Below are positions 1 to 8,866 of a stretch of DNA of 64,000 nucleotides, piece by piece. Within the stretch, counting starts at the first letter, position 1, and every line of letters begins with the position of its first letter. The notes beneath the pieces are model-generated. The model searched no databases and was not told the DNA's origin. It worked only from the letters and a program-made list of their open reading frames with translations. A program made the translations under genes and the position numbers. The stretch is from a virus (lineage: Duplodnaviria; Heunggongvirae; Uroviricota; Caudoviricetes), in IMG/VR virus record IMGVR_UViG_3300028602_000005, positions 146,137-210,136 of that record; one strand, written 5' to 3'.

Positions 1-1
1 T

Positions 2-367
2 TATTTATTCAAAAAAACATTTATTGAAAATTCAAAAGGTTATTTTGAAGTATCTGGTTTAAATAAATTATTGATTTTTTCCATATTAAATTTTATTTCA
101 GTATCTCTTTTCAAAGAATTCAAGAAAATTGAAGATTTTAAAAGATCTTGGTTATCTGCATTTATTTCCATTATATTTTTATATTCTATGGCAGGACTTG
201 CTAGATTTTCAGATAAATTTATAACATCAGATAGTTTAAATATTGTTCTTATATCATTATTCATTTCTATAATTTTAATTAGAATTATATTAATTTCTAA
301 AAATTGTAAAAATGGAAATATAATAGATAAATTTTTAGATTATTGTGATTTTGAAAATAGATTTTAA
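2..367 (+). CDS. Partial (5'-truncated) putative membrane protein
   Basis: The frame is open from the window edge through the 71..367 ORF and has three hydrophobic stretches. Confidence 0.55.
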   Translation, partial: YLFKKTFIENSKGYFEVSGLNKLLIFSILNFISVSLFKEFKKIEDFKRSWLSAFISIIFLYSMAGLARFSDKFITSDSLNIVLISLFISIILIRIILISKNCKNGNIIDKFLDYCDFENRF

Positions 368-390
368 TAAATAATTCTGAAAGGAGAATT

Positions 391-780
391 TTGAAAATGG
401 ATTTATATTTTAAAATGTTAAAGGAAAGTAATTTAACGTCTATTTGGAAAAAATCTCCAGAAGTTGGAGATGGAGTATTTTTTAAAGTCGATAATGAATA
501 TTTTTCAGGATTTGTAAAAGATCCTAATAATTTAAAAGATGATGTAATTTTTAATCCAAGTACAGATAAACTTATAGAAATGTCAAATTTACATTGGATT
601 GTATTTGATTCTGTATGTAATAATATATTGAAAAATTTCAAGAAACATCTTGAAAAATATCCTAAAAAAGTTTTATGTTTGATCGCAACAATGATTAACA
701 TTCAAAACAAAATTTGGAATTTTGATCGCAATGAATGGGTAAAAATATCAAACATGGAAGTTGGTAAATATTTCGATTAG
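391..780 (+). CDS. Hypothetical protein
   Basis: 129 aa ORF preceded by AAGGAG; no motif recognised. Confidence 0.65.
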   Translation: MKMDLYFKMLKESNLTSIWKKSPEVGDGVFFKVDNEYFSGFVKDPNNLKDDVIFNPSTDKLIEMSNLHWIVFDSVCNNILKNFKKHLEKYPKKVLCLIATMINIQNKIWNFDRNEWVKISNMEVGKYFD

Positions 781-796
781 TCTAAATTTGAAAAAC

Positions 797-812
797 TTAG
801 AACAAATAATTA
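797..812 (+). promoter_or_regulatory. Putative late promoter TTAGAACA-N6-TA
   Basis: One of nine intergenic TAGAACA copies, each co-oriented with the downstream gene. Confidence 0.6.
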
Positions 813-833
813 AAAATAAAGGAGTCTAATTTA

Positions 834-1211
834 ATGGGGGATAATAATATGTTTTTTGATATATTTAAAAAAAAGAAATCTCCCCCAATAATTAGACTCC
901 TTTCAAAATTTAAAAATATAAAAAAATTTGAAAGTTATAAACAATTAACTCAAGGTTTATTAAAATATTCTAGATATACAATACCTAAAGATACAGCATT
1001 TTTATTTAAATTTGAAGAATCAGATATATTGTTTTTTCACACAATAAATATGAAAATAAATATTGACATTTATTTTTTTGATTCTAATGGTGATTTAGTT
1101 AATAAAGTTCTTAATTGTGAACCTGGAATGAGAGATATTTCATCTATGAAACCTGCTAAATATGCAGTAGAATTTTTATCTGGAGAATTGAAAAATGAAG
1201 AAGAAATTTAA
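834..1211 (+). CDS. DUF192 family protein
   Basis: FLFKF...FFHTINMKINIDIYFFDSNG...PAKYAVE pattern typical of DUF192. Confidence 0.75.
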   Translation: MGDNNMFFDIFKKKKSPPIIRLLSKFKNIKKFESYKQLTQGLLKYSRYTIPKDTAFLFKFEESDILFFHTINMKINIDIYFFDSNGDLVNKVLNCEPGMRDISSMKPAKYAVEFLSGELKNEEEI

Positions 1212-1326
1212 AAAATTTCCAATTAGAATACCTATAGGAAAACCGATAATATTTCACAAAACTAATAAAGATTATAATAGAAAAAAATATAAAAAAGAAT
1301 TAAATGATGCTTTAAAAAACACATAA
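1195..1326 (+). CDS. Small basic protein, 43 aa (not in ORF track), weakly ArfA-like
   Basis: Manual translation MKKKFKKFPIRIPIGKPIIFHKTNKDYNRKKYKKELNDALKNT; GGAG at 1182-1185; fills the gap between two genes. Confidence 0.55.
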   Translation: MKKKFKKFPIRIPIGKPIIFHKTNKDYNRKKYKKELNDALKNT

Positions 1327-1340
1327 AGAAAGGAAAACAA

Positions 1341-1904
1341 ATGAGCGCATTTGAAAATCAAATTAATGAACTAGTTGAAAAAAACATGACAGAAGAAGGA
1401 AAAACTTTTTGGAGAGAAATAAGAAATAAAATCCCTCCAGTTTGGGATAGATACAGTTCATCAACTATGAAATATCATAGAAGAAAAGATGGTACAGTTC
1501 CAAGTATTGAAGAACATACTTTAGAAATGTTAAAATCAGGTTGTAATGTTATGGGAGCATTTAATATTCAACCTAAAACTAAAGATTGTGATCTTTTAAT
1601 GTTTGCTATTCTTTTACATGATGCCTTTAAATATGGAACAAAAAACCCTCTAAATTCACCTCATACTGATAATACACATGATAGTATTGTAGGTAATGTT
1701 ATTAAGAATAATAATGAAATGTTTCATCAATTATTTGAAAAGGAAAAAGTTGTTCTCCTAGAAGAAATTGTCAGATATCATTCAGGAAGATGGAGTACAG
1801 ATGTTAAAGATAAAGACAGTTTTAATTTTAAAGATTTTGACCCTTTAACTATGTTTGTTCATCTTCTTGATATGTTAAGTAGTAGAGATTGTTTAAAAAT
1901 TTAA
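1341..1904 (+). CDS. HD-domain phosphohydrolase
   Basis: H...LLHD...KYG...H...RYHSGRW...VHLLD metal-ligand pattern. Confidence 0.85.
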   Translation: MSAFENQINELVEKNMTEEGKTFWREIRNKIPPVWDRYSSSTMKYHRRKDGTVPSIEEHTLEMLKSGCNVMGAFNIQPKTKDCDLLMFAILLHDAFKYGTKNPLNSPHTDNTHDSIVGNVIKNNNEMFHQLFEKEKVVLLEEIVRYHSGRWSTDVKDKDSFNFKDFDPLTMFVHLLDMLSSRDCLKI

Positions 1905-1919
1905 TTTCAAGGAGTTAAA

Positions 1920-2513
1920 ATGACAATAGCAAGTACGAATCTTGTTCCAGAACTCCAATATTATTTCAATAATTTTGTAAAAAATTCTGCGTTAAATAAA
2001 AATCTTACATCGTTCCCATCAAGTTTAAACATTTTATATTTAGATGAAAATAAATCATTTATAAGATTACTTTTTGATGAAAACTATTCACATACCACAT
2101 ATAGATATTTATATAGATTGGGAAATGAATCTGAAATACCAACACCTATAAATATAAGATTAAAATTATACCCCTCATCTGGAAGATATTATCTTTGTGA
2201 TAATGATTCTACGGCAATATGTAATATTAATTTATTTTCATTAGAAAATGATGATTTAAATATGTTAGATAAATTATTGGATTATAGAATGGATTCAACA
2301 TCTTGTGATATTAGTTATATCACATATATTAATTTAAACACTAATTTGTCCAAACTAATTTTTTTGTATTTAGATTTAAAAATAAATAATAATTATTCGA
2401 ATTATGATAATGAAAACTTAGTATCGGAAACAACCAGACCTTTAGAGGTTCTGTATGAAAATATTGTTGTTGAAGAAATTTATAAATATATTTCGGAATT
2501 AGATGGCTTATAA
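1920..2513 (+). CDS. Hypothetical protein, probably virion structural
   Basis: AGGAG SD; adjacent to a baseplate-like gene; acidic and Asn-rich. Confidence 0.55.
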   Translation: MTIASTNLVPELQYYFNNFVKNSALNKNLTSFPSSLNILYLDENKSFIRLLFDENYSHTTYRYLYRLGNESEIPTPINIRLKLYPSSGRYYLCDNDSTAICNINLFSLENDDLNMLDKLLDYRMDSTSCDISYITYINLNTNLSKLIFLYLDLKINNNYSNYDNENLVSETTRPLEVLYENIVVEEIYKYISELDGL

Positions 2514-2525
2514 GAGGAGTTAAAA

Positions 2526-5285
2526 TTGTTTTCAGTAACCGATTTCTTTAATATTTTAGAATATATTAGAACTGGTGATTCTTCTATTAGTTTAGATGAA
2601 GTAATAAAAGTATTATCAAGTTCAGAAAAGGCAAATGCTACGGCTCTTTTCAATGAAAAAATAGATCTATCAATATTCTCAAGTAACGATTATAAATTAT
2701 TAAAGAATTTTTTAATTGATTGGTATTCTGCACATAATACAATAATTTCAACACAAAGACAATCATCTGATGTTTTTTCTTTACCTAAAGAACATTTAAA
2801 TGAATTATGCTCCAGTTTTGGTTATAATGTAGAATTATCAGGTATTACAAAAACAAATGAAGCAAATCTGTTTCTTGATCTTGTAAATTTATACAAGATA
2901 AAAGGAACACCTACCGCTATAGCTAGAATACTTGGATATTATGGAATGAATAAAATTCAAGTAGTTGAATATTGGCTAAAAAAGAATTCAAGCGGAAATT
3001 TAATCTTTGAGCCATCTATTTCTGTAAATATGAATCCAGATGGAACAACTGAAAATATTCCATTGACAAGTTTAAATTATAGCTATGTTTATAATAATGA
3101 TGCTCATTGGATGGTAACAGAAGAAGAAACCCTTCAATATTTTGAAAATGGCGATATTACTTTTCCTATAAAATCACCTTTTATTGGTATATTTCCTTAT
3201 TATGATATTAATGAAGTTATTTTAACTGTAGCAATGTTACAAAAAAAAGTTATAGAAGAATATTCAAATTGGGTTGATGATTCTTCATCTCTTCCCACAA
3301 ATGAAGTATCAATAAGTATATATGATAAATCAAGAAAATTTTCTGTTTTGGAATCATTTTTAGTTTGTGATTATTTAATTAAGTCTGGATATGGTGTTGA
3401 TTTAGGAACACAATTTAATAAAGATTTTTATTGTTATGATGGTACTTCCGAAACATATACTGAAATTATTAATTTATTTAATGAATATGTATCATATGTA
3501 CCTTCTAGTAGAAATGATAGAGATGAAAAAATAGCAGAGTTTCAAAGTATATTTGTTAAAGATTCTTCTGAATTAATTTTAATTGAATTTACTACTGCTG
3601 AAACCCTACTTAATTCCATAAATTCGACTTTAAAATCAGAAATAGATAATATAATATCAAATGATATAGTATTTGAAACATTATCATTATGCCTAAGAGA
3701 ATTATCTGAATGGATACAAAATAATTTTGGAGCCGCATATTCAGGTTTACATAATTTCATTATAGGTCAATATTCTTTAGATTACGTTAAAAATATTGTG
3801 AATTTTTTCAAACCATTTAGAGCTAGAATATTAACAATGGATAGTGGCATTGTTTTAAAAAATATTTTAATGGATTCTCTTATTGTTGATGATTCCTTCA
3901 TAGAAAGTCCACATGATATTACGTTTATTGATTATGAAACTGGAAATAGTAATCCAGGATTTGTCGATGATGAATATCCTTCTCAATATTATATTTATAG
4001 CAAAACTCCTGTGGGAAATGAATCAAATTATAGACAGATTTCAAATATTTATGTAAATTCATCTGGTGAAATAAAAGTTGATTATTATGATTATGAAACT
4101 TATTCTTTAAAGAATTTATACAGCACTCCTCCAATAGGATCATATTTAGTTACAAATATTTATTTTAAATCTGACTCTATAACAGGAGAATATCAACTTG
4201 TAGTAGAATATGATGAAAATAATATAGTAGAATTTGAGGGAACTAATTGTAGGGTAGAATCACATCCTTTAGAATTGGGTTATAGAATAGTAAATTTATA
4301 TTTAGAAAATGAAACTTTAGGATTAGTTTTAGTTATTGATGACGGATTAGTAGATCCTGATAATGAAGATAATTATTATTCAAGAACACACTTTGATCAA
4401 GGTTCTTATTTTGATATTGGAATTACAATGGATGATGTTGAAAATTATCCAATTGAAGAAGATTTAACTGAAAATATTGAAGATCATTATGTTAATTCAT
4501 TCGATAGCACTAACGGTATGGAACAGGATTTAGAAATAGTTTCTGGATCAGATACAATATTGAATTCTTATAATGTTGATTTAAATGAAAGTTTAACTGA
4601 TTCTAACAGTATAACTGAAATGAGATATGATGGTGGATTTTCCGATTTTGATGAAGAAAGCTTTTTTGATAAACCATTTCCTGCTGATATTTTAAATATA
4701 GAAATAATTTCATTAGAAGAAGAAAATACTTTTTACCCTCAAACTTCATTAGATGATATTGGTGCGGGAAAATATTCATCTTGGAATTTTGATTCTTATT
4801 CTTCTCCCACCTTATATATTGGTGGAATAACATCTGGATTTTTTAGATTTCCAAATATAAATATTCCACAAGGAGCAACAATATTAGAAGCAACTTTAAG
4901 TTTTTCTTCTGCTGCCAATCAAAGCACATCTATAGATAGTGCCATTTATTTATTTGATCTTTCAGATATTTCTGAATTTCAAAATTCATCTGAATTGCAA
5001 GATTTTATTAGATTAAATGCATACGGAGCCGCAACTAATAATCATGTAAATTGGGTTATAACTGAAGAATGGGAAATGGGTGAATATTATATATCACCTG
5101 ATTTAAAAAATGTTATTCAAGAAGTCATTGATATTCCAGGTTGGACTAGTGGAAATGCTTTAATGTTTATATGGAAAAATTATAATGGTTCTACATCAAT
5201 GAGATTAATAAATACTATAGATAAATATATTTCTGATCCAACATATATTTATACAAGACCAAAATTATACATAAAATGGCAATAA
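2526..5285 (+). CDS. Baseplate wedge/tail-associated structural protein with C-terminal beta-sandwich domain
   Basis: LYKIKGT motif of P2 gpI/T4 gp7-like wedge proteins; three internal repeats; C-terminal RFPNINIPQGATILEATL...PKLYIKW domain. Confidence 0.6.
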   Translation: MFSVTDFFNILEYIRTGDSSISLDEVIKVLSSSEKANATALFNEKIDLSIFSSNDYKLLKNFLIDWYSAHNTIISTQRQSSDVFSLPKEHLNELCSSFGYNVELSGITKTNEANLFLDLVNLYKIKGTPTAIARILGYYGMNKIQVVEYWLKKNSSGNLIFEPSISVNMNPDGTTENIPLTSLNYSYVYNNDAHWMVTEEETLQYFENGDITFPIKSPFIGIFPYYDINEVILTVAMLQKKVIEEYSNWVDDSSSLPTNEVSISIYDKSRKFSVLESFLVCDYLIKSGYGVDLGTQFNKDFYCYDGTSETYTEIINLFNEYVSYVPSSRNDRDEKIAEFQSIFVKDSSELILIEFTTAETLLNSINSTLKSEIDNIISNDIVFETLSLCLRELSEWIQNNFGAAYSGLHNFIIGQYSLDYVKNIVNFFKPFRARILTMDSGIVLKNILMDSLIVDDSFIESPHDITFIDYETGNSNPGFVDDEYPSQYYIYSKTPVGNESNYRQISNIYVNSSGEIKVDYYDYETYSLKNLYSTPPIGSYLVTNIYFKSDSITGEYQLVVEYDENNIVEFEGTNCRVESHPLELGYRIVNLYLENETLGLVLVIDDGLVDPDNEDNYYSRTHFDQGSYFDIGITMDDVENYPIEEDLTENIEDHYVNSFDSTNGMEQDLEIVSGSDTILNSYNVDLNESLTDSNSITEMRYDGGFSDFDEESFFDKPFPADILNIEIISLEEENTFYPQTSLDDIGAGKYSSWNFDSYSSPTLYIGGITSGFFRFPNINIPQGATILEATLSFSSAANQSTSIDSAIYLFDLSDISEFQNSSELQDFIRLNAYGAATNNHVNWVITEEWEMGEYYISPDLKNVIQEVIDIPGWTSGNALMFIWKNYNGSTSMRLINTIDKYISDPTYIYTRPKLYIKWQ

Positions 5286-5298
5286 TAAGGAGAATTAA

Positions 5299-6525
5299 AT
5301 GTACGATTATGAAAAAATTAAATCTCTTATTAGAGATAAAATTAGAAACAATTTTACAAGTAGAGAGATTTACGATTTTATAAGATCTGAATTTAAAGAT
5401 TATGACCAAAGTTTTGATGGTTTAAGACGTATGATTTATAGACAAAAAAAATTAATGGAAGCTGAACCTATAATTAATTTAGAAGAAGAAGATTCAAAAA
5501 TTCCAAAATTTGTTAATTTAATCAAAAAAGTAAAAGTAATATCATTAATAGATTTATGTAATAATTTAAATCTCCCACCAAAAGAAGTTGAAAAACTTAT
5601 TAGAATTTGTAATGCAAAAGGATATGAAATTAATGTTGATGATAAAACTGTTATATTTGATACAGATAATATAGCTATTCCCAAAAGCAGTATAAAAGAA
5701 CCGTTATCAGATTCAAATGAAATAACTTTTGGAATTGCTTCAGATTTACATTTAGGTTCAAAATCAGTTCAATTAACAGCCCTTAATGAATTTACTCAAA
5801 TTTGTATGAAACATGGTGTTGAACATATGTTTGTTCCTGGTGATGTTTTCGCAGGATTTAATGTTTACAAGGGACAGGCAACAGATTTATATGCTTTTGG
5901 CGCAGAAGATCAGCTTGATTCAGCGATAATAAATATTCCAAAATATGAAAATCTTGATTGGATTATGATGGGTGGAAATCATGACGCTTCATTTATTAGA
6001 AATGGAGGTCAAAATTTAGTTTTACGATTATCAAAAGAAAGAGAAGATATTATTTATGTCGGGTTTGATGATGTTAATGTTCCCCTTTTAAATAATGTTG
6101 ATTTAAAAATGTGGCATCCTAGCGGAGGCCAAGCGTACTCTATATCATACAAATTACAAAAGGCAGCAGAACAGATAACAATGGGAGAATTACAAAATAT
6201 AGTCAGAGGAGTTAAAGAAACTCCTACTTTAAGATTTCTTGTTGCTGGTCATTTACATATTCAAATGCAAGCTCTATTTGGGAGTATTTGGGGAGCACAG
6301 GCAGGATGTTTTGAAGGGCAGACAGATTATCTTAAGAGAAAAGGTTTAGTTCCAGCAATAGGTGGATGGATTGTAAAAGCAACCCTTTCAAAAAATAGAG
6401 GATTATTAAAGAATTTTGAAGCTAAATTTTATATCTTTGAGGATATTGAAGATGATTGGAGAAATTACAAACACACAAGAGAAACAGATCCAAAAAATAA
6501 AATTATTAGACCTTTATTTAAATAA
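5299..6525 (+). CDS. Calcineurin-like metallophosphoesterase with N-terminal HTH-like region
   Basis: SDLHLG, PGDVF, GNHD, HP and GHLH motifs. Confidence 0.88.
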   Translation: MYDYEKIKSLIRDKIRNNFTSREIYDFIRSEFKDYDQSFDGLRRMIYRQKKLMEAEPIINLEEEDSKIPKFVNLIKKVKVISLIDLCNNLNLPPKEVEKLIRICNAKGYEINVDDKTVIFDTDNIAIPKSSIKEPLSDSNEITFGIASDLHLGSKSVQLTALNEFTQICMKHGVEHMFVPGDVFAGFNVYKGQATDLYAFGAEDQLDSAIINIPKYENLDWIMMGGNHDASFIRNGGQNLVLRLSKEREDIIYVGFDDVNVPLLNNVDLKMWHPSGGQAYSISYKLQKAAEQITMGELQNIVRGVKETPTLRFLVAGHLHIQMQALFGSIWGAQAGCFEGQTDYLKRKGLVPAIGGWIVKATLSKNRGLLKNFEAKFYIFEDIEDDWRNYKHTRETDPKNKIIRPLFK

Positions 6526-6541
6526 TTTTTTTTGCAAAAAA

Positions 6542-6581
6542 AAACAGGGGTTCAAATTTATTCTAAAATGAACCCCTGTTT
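6542..6581. terminator. Bidirectional intrinsic terminator
   Basis: 13-bp inverted repeat AAACAGGGGTTCA/TGAACCCCTGTTT between convergent genes. Confidence 0.8.
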
Positions 6582-6627
6582 AAAAATTAATATTATTTAT
6601 TATTATAAAAGATTTTTAATATAAAAA

Positions 6628-8160
6628 TTATTCAAATTCTTTTTCATATTCTTGAATATAATCAATTATTTTTTCAGACATTCCAGTTATAGAATGCCAA
6701 GGATAATAAGCAACACTATTTTGATATGAAGCCACATTAATCATATAACCTTTACCAATGCTAGGACTTGGAACACGATCATGACTTTGTTCATCGGTAA
6801 AGACTATTAATCTATCATATTTAGAATATTTATAAATCTCTTCAATTCCCTTTATCGCCTTACCTAAATATGTTTGTAAATGATGCTGACTTTTATTTAT
6901 TTCATCTGCTAATGCAAATCCTCTTCTTGGCTTTATACTAACAAGAGCATTTGAGAAACTGTATACAGCACATTCTTCACAAATTTCCCTACAAATAATC
7001 GCCAATGATAAAGCAGCATCAAGTCTATTACTTTTTATTTGATTATTATTTTTATAATTTCTTGTTTGCTTATTTGATAAAGGATCATTCATACTACCTG
7101 AAATATCTATCAAAATAACAGTTCTGCCTTTTAACTTTTCATATTTAGATATACATCTAAACATTGCGTCTTCAAGAGCATCTTCAAACATAGGAACATA
7201 TTTTGATGCTGTTATGAATCTGAAAGGAAGAACTTTTTCAACATCCATATTCTTCATAGCTTCTCTGATAATTCTTTCATCGACACCTTTAGAAATCATT
7301 TGTCTTAAGTTTCTCAGAATAGCTATTGATCCCATTTTATTATTTTTTAATAGATATTCAAATTCTGCTTTTGGATCTTTTGTCACATCGCTGGTAATAT
7401 TCTCCCAAGTTTCAGCAGGAGTTAAAAGACCATCGAGTAATTTTTTATACATCTTTTCTTGTTCACTCAACTTATCAAATGGTAACATACCATTCATTCT
7501 TCTAAACTCTTTGTTATAACCAGATCGATTAGTTTTTGGTTTAGGATGAACTAAACACATTACATCTTTGAGAGAAAATAGTTTTCCAGGAGTATTATAT
7601 TTAGCCAATTGATATTCATTAAATTTATTAAAAGCTAAACTAAGTCCCTTTTTAACTTGATTTGCTATTGGCTTTTTTTGAATTTGACGTTCCATATAAG
7701 ATTCAAATTCAGAATAATTTCTAAATTCACTGTCATAATATTTTCCAGATAAATATCTTATTTTATCAAAATTAATTTCATCCATTAAATACATTGCCAT
7801 GAATTCTTTAATTTCTTTTGCCCTCCAAATTACCTTTTCAAGAAGAACCCCAACATTCTTCTTATGTTGTGGGTATTTCAACATTTCTTTCAAAATAAAA
7901 AGAGGCATATGAATAAGTTTCCAATCTTGCCTGATTTCTACTACCATTTTGGAAAGATCATTTGGATCTATCAATGGAATCAATTTTTTAATTCTTTCTG
8001 ATATTGATTGACCACTTTCATAAAATTCATCTTCCCATAAAAATGTTGACATTACACTTCTTCTAAATTCTTGGATGGGTGTTAAATTTTTTGCTACCGC
8101 CCCTTCATGAGTTTTCCTCGTTGAATAAGAGGAAGGTTTTCTTACATTCGTTTGTGCCAT
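6628..8160 (-). CDS. rsr: Ro60/TROVE-vWA RNA-binding protein (Rsr-like)
   Basis: THEGA, FLWEDEFYESG, FNEYQLAKY, LKDVMCLVHPKP, TWE, AILRNLR and LPFRF TROVE motifs; vWA MIDAS DISGSM and VFTDEQ. Confidence 0.95.
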   Translation of the reverse strand: MAQTNVRKPSSYSTRKTHEGAVAKNLTPIQEFRRSVMSTFLWEDEFYESGQSISERIKKLIPLIDPNDLSKMVVEIRQDWKLIHMPLFILKEMLKYPQHKKNVGVLLEKVIWRAKEIKEFMAMYLMDEINFDKIRYLSGKYYDSEFRNYSEFESYMERQIQKKPIANQVKKGLSLAFNKFNEYQLAKYNTPGKLFSLKDVMCLVHPKPKTNRSGYNKEFRRMNGMLPFDKLSEQEKMYKKLLDGLLTPAETWENITSDVTKDPKAEFEYLLKNNKMGSIAILRNLRQMISKGVDERIIREAMKNMDVEKVLPFRFITASKYVPMFEDALEDAMFRCISKYEKLKGRTVILIDISGSMNDPLSNKQTRNYKNNNQIKSNRLDAALSLAIICREICEECAVYSFSNALVSIKPRRGFALADEINKSQHHLQTYLGKAIKGIEEIYKYSKYDRLIVFTDEQSHDRVPSPSIGKGYMINVASYQNSVAYYPWHSITGMSEKIIDYIQEYEKEFE

Positions 8161-8228
8161 CTTAAAATTCCTTTCTATATATAATAAAATAAAAAATAAT
8201 AAATTATTTTTTTCTATATTTTTATGTT

Positions 8229-8268
8229 GGAGGGTATAGTTATGTAATTAAACATAACCATACCCCCC
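8229..8268 (-). other. Strong hairpin between the ncRNA array and the Ro gene
   Basis: Minus strand GGGGGGUAUGGUUAUGU/ACAUAACUAUACCCUCC; its two non-Watson-Crick positions are G-U pairs only on the minus strand. Confidence 0.6.
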
Positions 8269-8270
8269 TT

Positions 8271-8444
8271 AAACAAATCACAGTAAAAAGCTGAGGAGGC
8301 TTAAAATTTAAAAATTAAAATTTTTTATATCTTTAGATTCAATATGAATAGGTGTATTCCGTATAAATATAATAGATATCTAAAGAAATGCGACGGAGGG
8401 GTGATAAATTTTAATTTTAAATTTAAAAAAACTGTGATTTGTTT
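8271..8444 (-). ncRNA. Putative structured ncRNA (nested long-range stems)
   Basis: 14-bp terminal stem 8271-8284/8431-8444, AT stem 8304-8323/8406-8424, 9-bp stem 8330-8338/8378-8386; strand inferred from context. Confidence 0.55.
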
Positions 8445-8453
8445 TTTTAAAAA

Positions 8454-8590
8454 AGGTAGGGAATATGCGACAAAAGTGTTTTCTAAGGTGTCCTACCGTT
8501 AGACGAACCCTGTGATAAATGGCACAGGGTAAGAGAGTCGAACTCTTATGCGTCCAATGCATGAAGTAACTCTCATCTACACCACTACCT
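8454..8590 (-). ncRNA. yrlA: Y RNA, YrlA type (circularly permuted tRNA-like domain)
   Basis: Terminal stem AGGUAG/CUACCU, then T arm AAGAG-UUCGACU-CUCUU, acceptor ACCCUGUG-CCAUUUAU-CACAGGGU and D arm GUCU-AACGGUA-GGAC in that order; next to the Ro gene. Confidence 0.88.
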
Positions 8591-8600
8591 ATTACCATTT

Positions 8601-8690
8601 TTTAAAGTGGGGAATAATTGAAAAAGGTTTTTTTTCTAAACACTTTACAAGAGTATATGATGAAACCCTTTTCTACACCACCACTTTAAA
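8601..8690 (-). ncRNA. Y-RNA-like unit displaying an anticodon-like stem-loop (UGU)
   Basis: Same scaffold (UGGUG...UAUUCC, inner purine/pyrimidine helix); 10-bp terminal stem; AUACU-CUUGUAA-AGUGU. Confidence 0.75.
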
Positions 8691-8703
8691 AAAATATTTT
8701 CAA

Positions 8704-8816
8704 AGAAGATAAGGAATAATTAAAGAAAGTAGATTGTGGAATTGAACCACACACCGATTGATTATAAGTCAATTTCATACCATATGAAGTAACTCTCTTT
8801 TTCACCATTATCTTCT
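8704..8816 (-). ncRNA. Y-RNA-like unit with anticodon arm (UAU) and T arm
   Basis: Same scaffold; 9-bp terminal stem; AUUGA-CUUAUAA-UCAAU, 5-nt spacer, UGUGG-UUCAAUU-CCACA. Confidence 0.8.
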
Positions 8817-8826
8817 AAATCTTTCC

Positions 8827-8866
8827 GTATGAGAAGAATAATTAAAAAAACTTATTCTTCTCATAC
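8827..8866. repeat. Perfect 15-bp hairpin inside the ncRNA array
   Basis: GTATGAGAAGAATAA / TTATTCTTCTCATAC with a 10-nt loop. Confidence 0.7.

Noticed and set aside
8548-8562. Pro(UGG) anticodon loop in the YrlA-type unit
   Set aside because: The stem is only 4 bp, A sits at position 32, and it occupies the variable-arm position; too weak to call.
8380-8598. 72-aa ORF on the minus strand
   Set aside because: It overlaps the YrlA-like RNA, has no SD and shows no protein motif.
8490-8785. Bona fide tRNA genes
   Set aside because: One has permuted arm order and no canonical anticodon arm; the other lacks a proper acceptor stem with CCA and a full D arm.
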